From Squalus acanthias (lineage: Eukaryota): a DNA stretch of 64,000 bases. The notes beneath the pieces are model-generated. The model was not told the DNA's origin. It did not search any database and was given only the letters and a program-made list of their open reading frames with translations. Location: the NCBI GenBank assembly GCA_030390025.1, contig CM059425.1, positions 167,588,001 to 167,652,000 of the forward strand, written 5' to 3'. The translations under genes and the position numbers were made by a program. The number at the start of each line of letters is the position of its first letter. Positions within the stretch are counted from its first letter, which is position 1. Positions 23,890 through 36,754 of the stretch are shown in pieces.

Positions 23890-26852
23890 TCATGTCCAAA
23901 TTCCTGCCCGCTCCCCGTAACCCTTAATTCCCTTTACTTCTAGGAAACTGTCTATTTCTGTTTTAAATTTATGTAATGATGTAGCTTCTACAGCTTTGTG
24001 GGGCAGCATATTCCATGGACCTACCACCCTCTGAGTGAAGTAGTTCCTTCTCATCTCAGTTTTGAAAGAGCAGCCCCTTATTCTAAGACTATGCCCCCTA
24101 GTTCGAGTTTCACCCATCATCGGGAACATTCTCCCTGCATCCACCCGATCCAACCCCTTCACAATCTTATATGTTTCAATAAGATCGCCTCTCATTCTTC
24201 TGAACTCCAATGAGTAGAGTCGCAATCTACCCAACCTCTCCTCATATGTTCATCCCCTCATCCCCAGGATTAACCGAGTGAACCTTCGTTGTACTGACTC
24301 GAGAGCAAGTATGTCTTTTCTTAAGTATGGACACCAAAACTGTATGCAGTATTCCAGGTGCGGTCTCACCAATACCTTGTACAACTGAAGCAATACCTCC
24401 CTATTTTTATATTCTATCCCCCTAGCAATGAAAGCCAACATTCCATTGGCCTTCTTAATCACTTGCTGCACCTGCATACTAACCTTTTGAGTTTCGTGCA
24501 CCAGGACCCCCAGATCCCTTTGTACTTCAGTACTTTCCAATTTCTTGCCATTAAGATAATAAATTGCTCTAGGATTTTTCCTGCCAAAGTGCATAACCTC
24601 ACACTTTCCAGTATTGTATTCCATCTGCCAAATCTCTGCCCACTTACTTAGCCTGTCTAAGTGCCCTTGCAGATTTTTTATGTCCTCCTCACTCACTACT
24701 TTCCCTCCCCTCTTAGTATCATCTGCAAACTTTGATATGTTACACTCGGTCCCCTCCTCCAAATCATTAATATAGATTGTAAAGAGTTGGGGACCCAGCA
24801 CTGACCCCTGCGGAACACCACTAGTTACTGATTGCCAGTCTGAGAATGAACCATTTATCCCAACTCTCTGCCTTCTGTTAGATAGCCAATCCTCTATCCA
24901 TGCCAGAATATTACCCCCAATCCCGTGATTTTTTATCTTAAGCAATAATCTTTTGTGTGGCACCTTGTCAAATGCCTTTTGGAAGTCTAAATACACCACA
25001 TCCACTGGTTCCCCTTTATCCACCCTGTATGTTACTTCCTCAAAGAACTCCAGCAAATTTGTCAAACATGACTTCCCCTTCATAAAACCATGCTGACTTT
25101 GTCCTATTAAATTATGATTATCCAAATGTCCCGTTACTGTCTCCTTAATAATGGACTCCAAAATTTTACCTACCACAGATGTTAGGCTAACCGGTCTATA
25201 GTTTCCAGCCTTCTGACTACTGCCCTTTTTAAATAAGGGTGTTACATTAGCAGTTTTCCAGTCTGCCGGGATCTTTGTTGAGTCCAGGGAGTTTGGGAAA
25301 ATTATTACCAATGCATCCGCAATCCCTATCGCCACTTCCCTCAAGACCCTAGGATGTAAGCCATCAGGTCCAGGTGATTTATCCGCCTTGAGTCCCATTA
25401 TTTTACCAAGTACCACTTCCTTAGTGATTTTGATCGTGTTTAGCTCCTCCCCCCCCCCCCCCCCCCTATAGCCCCCTGTTTGTCCAGTGTTGGTTTATTC
25501 TCAGTGTCCTCTACTGTAAAGACTGATACAAAATATTCATTCAGTGTATTTGCCATCTCCATATTTCCCACCATTAATTTCCCGGTCTCATCCTCTAAGG
25601 GACCAACATTTACTTTAGCCACCCTTTTTCTTTTTATATAACGATAAAAACTCTTACTATCTGTTTTTATATTTTTTGCTCATTTACTTTCATAATCTAT
25701 CTTCCCTTTCTTAATCAATCTTTTTGTTATTTTTTGCTGTCTGTTAAAGTTTTCCCAATCCTCTATCCTCCCACTAGATTTGGCTACCTTATAAGCCCTT
25801 GTTTTTAGTCGAATACTATCCTTAATTTCTTTACTTAGCCACGGATGACTCACTTTTCTTTTACACCCTTTTCTTCTCAGTGGAATATATATTTTTTGGA
25901 AGTTGTAAAATAACTCCTTAAATGTACACCACTGATCATGTATCGTCTTACCTTTTAATCTATTTTCCCAATCCACTCTACTCAATTCTGCTCGTATACC
26001 TTCATAGTCTCCTTTATTCAAGCTTAGCATGCTTGTTTGAGATCCAACCTTCTCACCCTCTAATTGAATATGGAATTCAACCATGTTATGGTCACTCATT
26101 CCAAGGAGATCCTTTACTAGAACATTTTTAATTAATCCTGTCTCGTTACACAGGACCAGATCTAAGGTTGCTTGCCCCCTGGTCGGTTCAGTTACATACT
26201 GCTCAAGAAACCCATCCCTAATACACTCAATGAACTCATCCTCAAGGCAGCCCTGCCCAATTTGATTTGTCCAATTAATATGATAGTTAAAATCCCCCAT
26301 AATTATAGATGTTCACTTATTACAAGCCTCAACTATTTCCTGATTGATACTCCGTCCAACAGAGTTGCAACTGTTCGGAGGCCTATAGACTACGCCCACT
26401 AGTGTTTTTTTCCCCTTATTATTCCTTATCTCCACCCAAACTGTTTCATTATCCTGATCTTTTGACCCAATATCATTTCTCTGTATTACAGTGATTCCTT
26501 CCTTTATTAACATAGCCACCTCACCTCCCCTTCCTTCCTGCCTGTCCTTCCTGATCGTTAAATAACCTGGTATGTTTAATTCCCAGGCATTGTCACCCTG
26601 CAGCCATGTTTCTGTAATGGCCACAAGATCATACCCATATGTAGTTATTTGTGCCATTAACTCGTCTATTTTGTTACGAATGCTACATGCATTCAGATAG
26701 AGAACTTTCAAATATGTTTTGTGACACTTAGTTCCTGCTTTTGCCCTTTTTATTACTTTACCTTTTACTCCATACCTTCTGCCCCTTCCTGACACACTCT
26801 GGTTTTTAATTTCCCCACTGCTACCTAAGTCTATGACCTTCTCTGTTGTCAT
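23890..26852 (-). pseudogene. CR1 ORF2 (AP endonuclease and reverse transcriptase), broken by stops and frameshifts
   Basis: AITETWL, VYRPP, MGDFN, SDHN, PGPDG, LDFQKAFDKV, GVPQGSVLGP, FADD. Confidence 0.95.
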
Positions 26853-26890
26853 TTTTATTATTTGCTCTCTAGGAACTTTACCCCCGCAAG

Positions 26891-27844
26891 TTAGTTTAAA
26901 GCCCTCTCCACAGCTCTAGTTATATGATCCGCCAGGACTCTAGTCCCAGCACTGGCCAAGTGAAGCCCGTCCCAACGGAACAGCTCCCTCCTGCCCCAGT
27001 ACTGGTGCCAGTGTCCCAGGAAGCAAAACCCATTTCTCCCACACCAGTCTTTGAGCCACTCATTTAACTCTCTAATTTTATTTGTCCTAGCCAAATTCGC
27101 TCGTGGCTCAGGTAATAATCCAAAGATTATTACCCTTGAGGTTCTGTTTTTTTATTTGACCCCTAGCTGCTCATACTCCTTTAACAGAACCGGCTTCCTT
27201 GTCCTATCTACGTCGTTTGTACCAACATGGACCACGACAACTGGATCCACCCCCTCCCACTGCAAGTTTCTTTCCAGCCCAGAGGAGATGTCCTTAACCC
27301 TGGCACCGGGTAGGCAACACAGCCTACGGGACTCTCGCTCTTGGCTGCAGAGAACTCTATCTATCCCCCTAATATTACTATCCCCTACCACTACAACATT
27401 TCTATTTACTCCCCCCTCTTGAATGGCCCCCCGTTCCATGGTGCTGTGGCTAGGTTGCTCATCCTCCCTGCAGTCCCTGCTCCTGTCCCCACAGGGAGTA
27501 AGAACCTCGAACCTGTTGGACAAGAGCAAGGGCTGCGGCTCCTCCAACACTACCTCCTGGATCCCCGTACCTGCCTCACTCGTAGTCACACCGTCCTGTC
27601 CCTGACCATGGGCTACATCTGAATTAATTAACTTCATAGGTGTGACCACCTCCTGAAACACAGAGTCCAGGTACTTCTCCCCCTCCCTGATGTGTCGCAG
27701 TGTCTGAAGCTCAGACTCCAGCTCATCAATACGGAGCTGGAGTTCCTGTAGCAGCAGACACTTGTCACAGATGTAATCACTGTGAGCCTCAACGGGGTCC
27801 ACCGGCTCCCACATCTCGCAACAGTAACACATCACCTGCTCCAT
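26891..27844 (-). pseudogene. CR1 ORF1 (zinc finger, coiled coil, SGNH esterase) with one premature stop
   Basis: CxxC...CxxC, LSNRFEVL, VVGDS, PGA, HVGTND, DGLHL; in-frame TAA at 27152-27154. Confidence 0.92.
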
Positions 27845-28262
27845 TCTATGTAATTAATTAAATTTGTTATTGTTAGTTATGGACACTCTCTGCCCGATTA
27901 TAGATGCTAGTATCCCCTCTAATTAATTGGATTTAACTTAAATCAATCCCTCTGAATTACACCAGTTAAATGGTTTACCAACAGTCACTCTGCACCAGAA
28001 AGGCCTTATTAACTACAACCCACAGAGTTTAAGTTTAAAAAGAGAGAAATACTCACCAACCAATTACTTACCTGCTTTCTGGTGATGTCACACCTCGATT
28101 ATTTTTACCTCTCTCCCTCGCTCCGAGTTCGGAGACTGGTCCCGCCTTACCTGGTCTCTGGAGCCTTTTAAACCCTCTGCCGCTGCCTCGCCTCACGCAG
28201 GTCCGCCGCCGCACCAGGAAGCTGACAAAGATGGAAAAAGGAAGGAACACCTCCCTCCCCGC

Positions 28263-28946
28263 ACTCCCTCACTCACTCACCAAACTCACAGCTCAGCACT
28301 CTGTTCCAATCTGCACTCCGTGACAAACTGCACTCTAGTCTCCCTTATTTCTACTGCTGAGATTTAAATAAGTGAGCTGTCTGGCAGTTACAGAGCCAGA
28401 TTAGACCAGTTAATTAATTAATTACTATCACCAGCTTTCCAGCACAGAGCTTGCTTAGCCCTGTCCAAGCCTGGAAGAAACTTAAAACTTGAAACAGTAA
28501 ATTTAAATGCTAATTGCAAGCACACAAGACTAGAATTTACAAAAAATTATAAAAATAAGAGATTAACCTTTAAGATTTACTCCCTCACTCACCAAACTCA
28601 CAGCTCAGCACTCTGTTCCAATCTGCACTCCGTGACAAACTGCACTCTAGTCTCCCTTATTTCTACTGCTGAGATTTAAATAAGTGAGCTGTCTGGCAGT
28701 TACCGAGCCAGATTAGACCAGTTAATTAATTAATTACTATCACCTGCTTTCCAGCACAGAGCTTGCTTAGCCCTGTCCAAGCCTGGAAGAAACTTAAAAC
28801 TTGAAACAGTAAATTTAAATGCTAATTGCAAGCACACAAGACTAGAATTTATAAAAAATTATAAAAATAAGAGATTAACCTTTAAGATTTACTCCCTCAC
28901 TCACCAAACTCGCAGCTCGGCACTCTGTTCCAATCTGCACTCCGTG
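28263..28946 (-). repeat. 312-bp tandem repeat in the CR1 5'UTR (2 full copies plus a partial)
   Basis: The CAAACTC(A/G)CAGCTC anchor recurs at 28281, 28593 and 28905; units near-identical. Confidence 0.93.
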
Positions 28947-28947
28947 A

Positions 28948-29570
28948 TGCTTTATGTGGTCCAGCCAGATCTGGTCGTGAATGACTAAATCAGTTGTCCA
29001 CCATATCCGTTCAAGTCTGCATCCCTTGGACTTAAGGGAGCGAACATAAGGGCCGTACCAGGGGGAGCACCCAGGGTAAGAGAGAGTAATGGTTTTAATA
29101 GGGGCTAATGCATCAAAGGCGGTGGTGAGGATACGGTTGAGCAGATCGGTAGCTGCAGAAATGTCCTGGTAAATGGAGGGTCAAAGGCTGGACAGTTGGG
29201 ATTTCGTAAGTGAGTTGGGAGAGAGTTTTTTCCAAGGACGGACACAGAAGGAAGTAGGGTTGGGAGGGGGGAGGGGGGAAGGGGGATGTTGGTGCAGACT
29301 GATACAAGGAAGTGGTCAGAGATGGTCTTACCTGCAACTGACACCATGGGAGTAGCGAGGCCATGAAAGATGGCAAGATCAAGGGGGTGGCCGTGAATAT
29401 GGGTTGGGGAGTTTACATGGAGGGTGAGATTAAGGGAGGATAGGAGGGTAGTGAACTCAGAGGAGAGAGAACATGATGAATTGAGATGGAGGTTGAATTT
29501 ACTGAGGATGAGAAGTCACTCGGTGCAGAGACTAAGGGTGGAAAGCAGTGAAGATATCTTGGTGATCCAC
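28948..29570 (-). mobile_element. L2 LINE fragment (endonuclease/linker), continuation of 22268-23652
   Basis: Minus strand encodes THIHGHPLDLAI, ISDHFLV and PWYGP-like L2 motifs. Confidence 0.8.
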
Positions 29571-29571
29571 A

Positions 29572-29760
29572 TAAGGAGAAATCCAAAATCCATGCCTTTG
29601 TTACCTCTAGACTTGACTATTCCAATGCACTCCTGGCTGGCCTCCCATGTTCTACCCTACGTAAACTTGAGGTCATGCAAAACTTGGCTACACCAAGTCC
29701 CGCTCACTCATCACCCCTGTGCTCGCTGACCTACATTGGCTCTTGGTTAAGCAACGCCTC
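29572..29760 (+). mobile_element. L2 LINE RT 3' fragment in opposite orientation
   Basis: IHAFVTSRLDYSNALLAGLP and ITPVLADLHWL motifs. Confidence 0.85.
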
Positions 29761-30583
29761 TGTAGGAAATCATGGATTGAAAGAAATAATAGTCTGTTAC
29801 AGGTTCCCTAGATTAGCAGTTTGCCTAAATTGATGACACAGAAAGATTCCAGTCATGTCAGAAAAGGAGTTGTACAAAGAGCTGAATTACAAGGTCAGAA
29901 CACAAAAACAAGCCTTCAAGTGGGCATAGCTAGGCCTGATAAGGGATGCAGCAAGGAGCTGTAGGATAAACAAGCTGTCTACGAGAGGGCAACAAGACCT
30001 TTAGAACAGAGATAAGGAGGAAAATTACCTCATGAGGCTGGAGGGGGCTGTCATAGGTAGCCTCTCCCTTGTAATTGGACAATAGGATGGGTAAAAATGA
30101 TTGACACCAGGTATCCACCAGCCCATCGAAATAAGGTATAAAAACAGATGACCAAGAGCGAGAAACAGACTGTTAGGAGGAAAGGCTTCCTCAGAGTGGA
30201 TGAAATGCTAGCTTCGGCTTAACACACTGATCAGGTTCGACCCCGGAAGTGCTGGCTGACGGCCTAACACCTCCGACAGCTCAAGGAGAGACCCAACAGA
30301 AGTGACCGTTGTTGCAGACAGAGACATCCGTCAACATCTGGCGACATCCGTCCATCCACCATCCATTGACGTCCGTCCGTCCGTCCATCCGGTCATCTCG
30401 TTCCGTTCGTTCCGTGGGGCCGTAGATCGCCCTCATCTGTCATGGGTTGTATGTCTACTGTATCTATTTCAATCGCATGTAGTAGTATCTGATTATGCTT
30501 AAACAGTAGCTCTAATAAAAAGCCTAACAACTCCTAAGACCCTTTGGGTAATCTGTGTGTGACCTGTGATCCAAATCTTACAG

Positions 30584-30601
30584 TGGTGTCAGAAGTGGGA
30601 T
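30584..30601 (+). promoter_or_regulatory. Primer binding site complementary to the tRNA-Leu 3' end
   Basis: TGGTGTCAGAAGTGGGAT lies 1 nt after the LTR-terminal CA. Confidence 0.88.
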
Positions 30602-30743
30602 CATAGAGTTGGGAGTTGTAAAGGTTCCAGTTGTGGGGACCGGAGGGACTTGGTCACGCGTGATCGTCGCTTAAGACTAAGTAAAAGACTCCCTGAAAGA
30701 AGGGAGAGAGAGAGAGTGAGGTAAAGGTAAAACCAGAGATTCA

Positions 30744-30974
30744 ATGGCATTGGCCGACCATCGAGAACAGCTAGTAGGCAGCCTGACAGAAAAAGTCGGC
30801 ACGTCCGCAGCAGCGGACCTCCTAAAAATCTTAGAAGAGAGTAACGGGGACTATGACTACATCCTTGAAAAACTCTCTGAGGATGTTCAGAAAAACCAAC
30901 TTAAAATAAGGAGAGACCGAGACAGGTTAGCTTACAGGGCACACTTGTGCACTGCCAAGTTAAATGACTATTAG
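30744..30974 (+). pseudogene. Probable gag N-terminal remnant (76 aa)
   Basis: First strong-context ATG (CAATGG) after the PBS; helical, charged sequence; assigned by position only. Confidence 0.4.
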
Positions 30975-32699
30975 ATGACTATTGACTATCGCAAACTCAA
31001 CTCAGTCACCCCCGCATGTGCCCCGGTGTTTTGGGAGACACCCACCCTACTCTCCCAGATTCCCAGTGGCAGTAATCAGTACAGAATGAGATTTAGTAGA
31101 AAACATCACAAATTGAAGGAAGGATAAAATAATTATGATGGAATAAAAGAGAAAAGGGAAAATCATGTCTCTTTTCTGCTGCTCTACGTTTTTTTTTTAT
31201 TTTCAGTGTGAATGTTAATGTCTTTTTACAAAGCATCTATGAATGTTTAAGAAGTTACAGTATTCTTTTGTCTGAAAGTCTGTCTTTAAAAGAAAGTGTC
31301 TGTTATGTTTGTTTTAGCTCCACCCACTTCTCTGCTAAAAGCCGTTTAACCCTTTGTAGTCTTGGCTTGGATTTTGGAAGTTTTAAAAATTTGCGAATAA
31401 GATTGTGCACCCAGAATTGAAGAAAAAAAACTTTGAACTACAATTTAAGTTAAGCTGGTGTGGAAAAACTGAGAAAACTGAGAAAAACAAAAAGTTTGTT
31501 TAACAAAAGATTAAGTTTCAGTGTAAGATTTAACCTTGGAGTTGCTATCATGAATTTTCCAAAGCAGTTTGATTTGTTTAGCTTAAGTGTGAAAACTAAT
31601 TTTTCTCCAGTTGTATTCAGTATTTTTACAGTCATTTGAAAAGGCATCTCAAGAAAGAACAAAGAGAAATATTATGTAACTTACTGTGCTTTTTTTGTTT
31701 TATTTTATCTGTTCTGTATTATGTTTAGTTAATAAGAACATTTGCTCCGCTGCCTTATAAACCTGCAAAGGAGTTAACCCTTTCCGCTGGCAGCTGTTTT
31801 TTTTAAAACTGATTCACCAAACAACTTTGATCTATGTTTTCTATCTTTAATATTGTATTGGATAGTAAAGTTCCTCCAGGGCAAATAAACGAGATATGAA
31901 CAATAATTAATGGGATGCCCCACTTAAGATGTAAGATTGAAACAGGCTAATTACACTACCAATTGAGAATTTTCCTGGCTTTCTAGTGAAAGTCAGGAAA
32001 ATGTAGTTACGAATAGTAAATTGATAGCTTTCTCTTGGAGATATTTGTGCCCCTGCCTATAATGAACTTTTTAAGAAAACTGAATTTGATAGCCTGGCCG
32101 CTACCCGAGACATCGGGACCATGCAGAGGAAGATGAGCAAAGACCTCCAGACAATTATTTGATACCTGAAAGCCCGAGAATGGCTTGTATCGGATGGCAC
32201 GTGTGGCATGATATTGAGATACCGATATGAGTGTGCAAATATGATTTGTTACGTATGAAACAATTACCATCCGGAAATGCGTGGTGAATCTGCACTGAAG
32301 AACGGGTCTCAGACATGCTCCGTTACTTGACAACAGTAAGACATGAAATAGTTAATGTGGCTCAGAAGAGTGAGACAACTTTTAAAGCATTGACACATAC
32401 TCCATCGAGAAACTATCTAATTAATGAAACAATCAGAACAGAGTTAAACACACTGGTACCTGTTAGAGGGATTGAAATTGAGGTTGAAGTGGAGATTTAC
32501 ATGGAATTTGGATTGGGAGAATTAAGGCTAGGGAGAAATCATGTTTAGCAAGAATTATCCACAAGATGGATACGAGTAAAAGAGATCTGGAGAATCTTTT
32601 AAGTCCACGACTTGTTGATTAGATGTTAAACTGTAATGTCACTTGAAATGATTGTAAGACTGAATTTAACTGTGACTGTAATAATTGTGTTTTGTAGGT

Positions 32700-33240
32700 A
32701 ACAGAGCGTGGGAAAAGCCAATACGAATCCAGTATGAGGTGGTTTTGATGGTGCCTCCTGTGTCACTACTATCACAACTACAATGCTTTACGGTTCTAAC
32801 AGGACCTGTCCAATTAATAGCCCCAGTTTCTGCTTCACACCACATCTACCCACAACCGTCAACCAATACATTTTTCTCAGTATCAAAACCTATGCTCAAG
32901 TGAAACTGACAGTAAATGAGACACTTAAGTATGAGTTGCACAATTCGGGTACGACATTCCGCTGTTGTCTGAGGGCTTCAGTGAGCTCGTGATGCGACTG
33001 AACTCCTCCCTAAAGCATTTTAATGTTTTGGAGCAAGACAACTCGAGAATAGATATTGAAATTGACAGCATAGGGAAGATTCACACTGGTGGGATATTGG
33101 GCTTAATACATCAGCACACCCTTAGGTTCATAATATTTCACACACTCTGGTAGTTCTCCAACTTGTAACCCATGTAGTAAGACTTTGATACATAAATCAA
33201 TTGTGTACTCATGCCTATGACTAACCAGCACTAACAAATT
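32700..33240 (+). pseudogene. Decayed envelope/fusion glycoprotein C-terminal region
   Basis: Lies just upstream of the 3' LTR; Cys cluster with N-glycan sequons (SCVTT...YGSNRTCPINSPSFCFTP...VNET), a heptad-like helix, then HWWDIGLN and a hydrophobic stretch; frameshifted. Confidence 0.55.
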
Positions 33241-34198
33241 AATTGAGCACACCGAAAGAGAAGATCCGAAGCAACATAGAGGAGACCCCAGGCAGGGTAA
33301 GATCAGGAAAGATAGAAGAAATAGAGGATACCCCAGGCGGGGCAGAATTGGAACACTGGAACAGTGAATTGAATTTAAGTAAGGGGTCAGAGGTTGCTCC
33401 TCCCCCTCAAAGGAATGGACTGTAAGGAAGGGGGAAATCTTCATTTTCGAGTCTCCCTACTAACTAACACCCAAGTTGAGAGAGCAATAAGAACTAGCTA
33501 GATTAGTCAAGAGCCGATTGTGAGAAGTCAATAAGGATATTTCCTTCTCAAGGTGGGGAGATTTAGGAAATAATAGTCTGCTACGGGTTCCCAGATCAGC
33601 AGTTTGCCTAAGTTGATGACACAGAAAGATTCCAGTCATGTCAGAAAAGGAGCTTGTAAAGAGAGCTGAATTAGCTGAGGTAGCTTCTCCCTTGTAATTG
33701 GACAATGGGATGGGTAAAAATGATTGACACCAGGTATCCACCAGCCCATCGAAATAAGGTATAAAAGCAGATGACCAAGAGAGAGAAACAGACTGTTAGG
33801 AGGAAAGGCTTCCTCAGAGTGGATGAAATGCTAGCTTCAGCTTAACACACTGATCAGTTTGACCCCGGAGGTGCTGGCTGACGGCCTAACACCTCCGACA
33901 GCTTGAGGAGACACCCAACAGAAGTGACTGTTGTTGCAGACAGAGACATCCGTCAACATCCGGCGACGTACGTCCATCCACCATCCATCCATGTCCGTCC
34001 GTCCGTCCGGTCAGCTAGTTCTGTTCGTTCCGCGGGGCCATAGATCTGTCACGGGTTGTATGTCTACTGTATCTATTTCAATCGCATGTAGTAGTATCTG
34101 AGTGTTTTTCTTAAGGTAACAAACACTGTAGAAACACAAAACTTCTCAAATGGTTGAATTAGTAATTTAAGTTTGAAGAAACTGAATGGAATTACATT

Positions 34199-34365
34199 GG
34201 GGATGGACTTCACCATTATTGCCTGGACAGTAATCTGGCAGAGTGGGTAACCTGCCCATTGTAGAACCTGTCTGATTTTCATCCCATAATAGGGCGAGTT
34301 CTACAATGGGCAGAAGTCCCGCTCTGCCAGATTACTGCCCAGGTGGTGAAGCAAAAATTTATCCC
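34199..34365. mobile_element. Palindromic mini-MITE (167 bp)
   Basis: ATT TSD on both sides; arms CAGTAATCTGGCAGAG...CTGCCCATTGTAGAAC pair with GTTCTACAATGGGCAG...CTCTGCCAGATTACTG. Confidence 0.8.
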
Positions 34366-34932
34366 ATTGCTTCTATTAATAACTTATGGGGAGAAAAATG
34401 AATGGGGTAATTAGAACTAAATGTGTCCTTAATGAGATGTTAAAACTTAATATCTAACTTAACTGCCATAAAGGCCTTGACATTTTTTGCTAGTACCTAT
34501 CATGGAGCTGTAGCACGAGAATCAGGTGTTTTGTTCAACAAACTTTAACACTTTCAGTTCTGAAAAACAGAAATAAAGATATACACAAACACATATGTGA
34601 ATCACTCTGCTTATATTTCTCCCATTAGCTCCTTCAGACATCTCCATTCAAGCCAACTTAGAAAACTTGCAAAAGCAGACCAAAAGGTTCAAAACACCAA
34701 CACAGCCTCAAATAAGCTGACAACTTAAAATCAGCATTTAATAAAGGCCCATGAGATGTCATTACACTGAATGTTAATAAGATTCCCATTGCTTGCCACA
34801 TATGGCTGACTTTGGTTCCAAACTTTCATTGCCAAGTATGCCATCTTAGATCTCAGAGCGACCTCACTTACATTTCCCACTCCAAGCTTAATAGTCACTA
34901 ATTGTTCATTGAAAAACTGACAAGTGTGATTC

Positions 34933-36617
34933 AATGTTCACTATGGAGAAGGGTGTTGTAGGCACAGAAATCAGGCAGGGGGATTGTGATATACTTGAAC
35001 AAATTAGTATTGAGAGGGAGGAGGTACTAGCGGTTTTAGCGGGCTTAAAAGTGGATAAATCCCCAGGCCCTGAAGAGATGTATCCCAGGCTGCTGTGTGA
35101 GGCAAGGGAGGAGATTGCAGGGGCTCTGACACAAATTTTCAGAACCTCTCTGGCCACAGGGGAGGTGCCAGGGGACTGGAGGACAGCTAACATAGTACCA
35201 TTGTTCAAGAAGGGTAGTAGGGATAAACCAGGGAATTACACGCCAGTGAGCCTAACATCAGTGGTAGGGAAATTACTGGAAAAAATTCTGAGGGACAGAA
35301 TTAGTCTCCACTTGGAGAGGCAGGGATTAATCAGGGATAGTCAGCATGGCTTTGTCAGGGGGAGATCATGTCTGACCAATTTGATAGAATTTTTCGAGGG
35401 GGTGACTAGGTGTGTGGATGAGGGTAGTGCAGTTGATGTAGTCTACATGGACTTCAGTAAGGCTTTTGACAAAGTCCCGCATAGGAGACTGGTCAAGAAG
35501 GTAAGAGCCCATGGGATCCAGGGCAATTTGGCACATTGGATCCAAAATTGGCTTAGTGGCAGGAGGCAGAGGGTGATGGTCGAAGGTTGTTTTTGTGACT
35601 GGAAGCCTGTGTCCAGTGGTGTACCGCAAGGATCAGTGCTGGGCCTTTGCTGTTTGTAGTGTACATTAATGATTTAGATATGAATGTAGGAGGTATGATC
35701 AGTAAGTTCGCAGATGACACGAAAATTGGTGGAGTGGTAAATAGCGAGGAGGGAAGCCTCAGGCTACAGGACGATATAGACGGGATGGTTAGATGGGCAG
35801 AACAGTGGCAAATGGAATTTAACCCGGAGAAGTGTGAGGTGATGCATTTTGGGAGGACTAACAAGGCAAGGGAATACACAATGAATGGTAGGATCCTAGG
35901 AAGGACAGAGGATCAGAGGGACCTTGGTGTGCATGTACATAGATCCCTGAAGGCAGCAGGACAGGTAGATAAGGTGGTTAAAAAGGCATATGGGGTACTT
36001 GCCTTCATTAGTCGAGGCATAGAATATAAGAGCAGGGAGGTTATGATGGAGCTGTACAAAATGCTAGTTAGGCCACAGCTGGAATACTGTGTGCAGTTCT
36101 GGTCACCACACTATAGGAGGGATGTGATTGCATTGGAGAGGGTGCAGAGGAGATTCACCAGGATGTTACCTGGGCTGGAGCGCTTCAGCTATGAAGAGAG
36201 AGGTTGTTTTCCTTAGAGCAGAGAAGGCTGAGGGGGGACCTGATTGAGGTGTACAAAATTATGAGGGGCATAGATAGGGTAGATAGAAAGGAACTTTTCC
36301 CCTTAGTAGAGGGGTCAATAACCAAGGGGCATAGTTTCAAGGTAAGGGGCAGGAGGTTTAGAGGGGATTTGAGGAAAAACTTTTTCACCCAGAGGGTGGT
36401 TGGAATCTTGAACTCACTGCCTGAAAGGGTGGTAGAGGCAGGAACCCTCACAACATTCAAGAAGCATTTAGATGAGCACTTGAAACGGCATAGCATACAA
36501 GGCTACGGACCAAGTGCTGGAAAATGGGATTAGAATAGACAGGGCTTGATGGCCGGCGCGGACACGATGGGTCGAAGGGCCTCTTTCTGTGCTGTATAAC
36601 TCTATGACTATGACTCT
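34933..36617 (+). mobile_element. 5'-truncated CR1 LINE (distinct subfamily)
   Basis: RT ORFs 34934-36533 (KSPGP, MDFSKAFDKV, FADD) with frameshifts; 3'UTR and (CTATGA)n-type tail. Confidence 0.95.
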
Positions 36618-36754
36618 AATGCAAGATCTCAATTTCACTTGGAGCTGCATATGACGACTTGGATTGAGGTCAACAGGTTACATTCAGGAGAAGCTCAGTA
36701 TATTTGAGTGCATTATTCTGACCCATGTCTCGCAGTCATAGTACAAAATACATT

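Larger units (their letters stand above)
23657..28946 (-). mobile_element. Full-length CR1 LINE inserted into an L2
   Basis: Tandem-repeat 5'UTR, ORF1, APE-RT ORF2, 3'UTR and (TTCTTATG)n tail; L2 sequence is contiguous on both sides. Confidence 0.96.
29761..34100 (+). mobile_element. Non-autonomous LTR retroelement / endogenous virus-like element lacking pol
   Basis: 5' LTR 29761-30582 (TGTA...TTACA); PBS; ~2.8-kb internal region; purine-rich tract before the 3' LTR, which starts TGTAAG at 33421 and is truncated near 34100; LTRs clearly homologous. Confidence 0.9.

Noticed and set aside
30584..30601. tRNA gene
   Set aside because: Only an 18-nt complement of a tRNA 3' end next to an LTR, i.e. 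a PBS.
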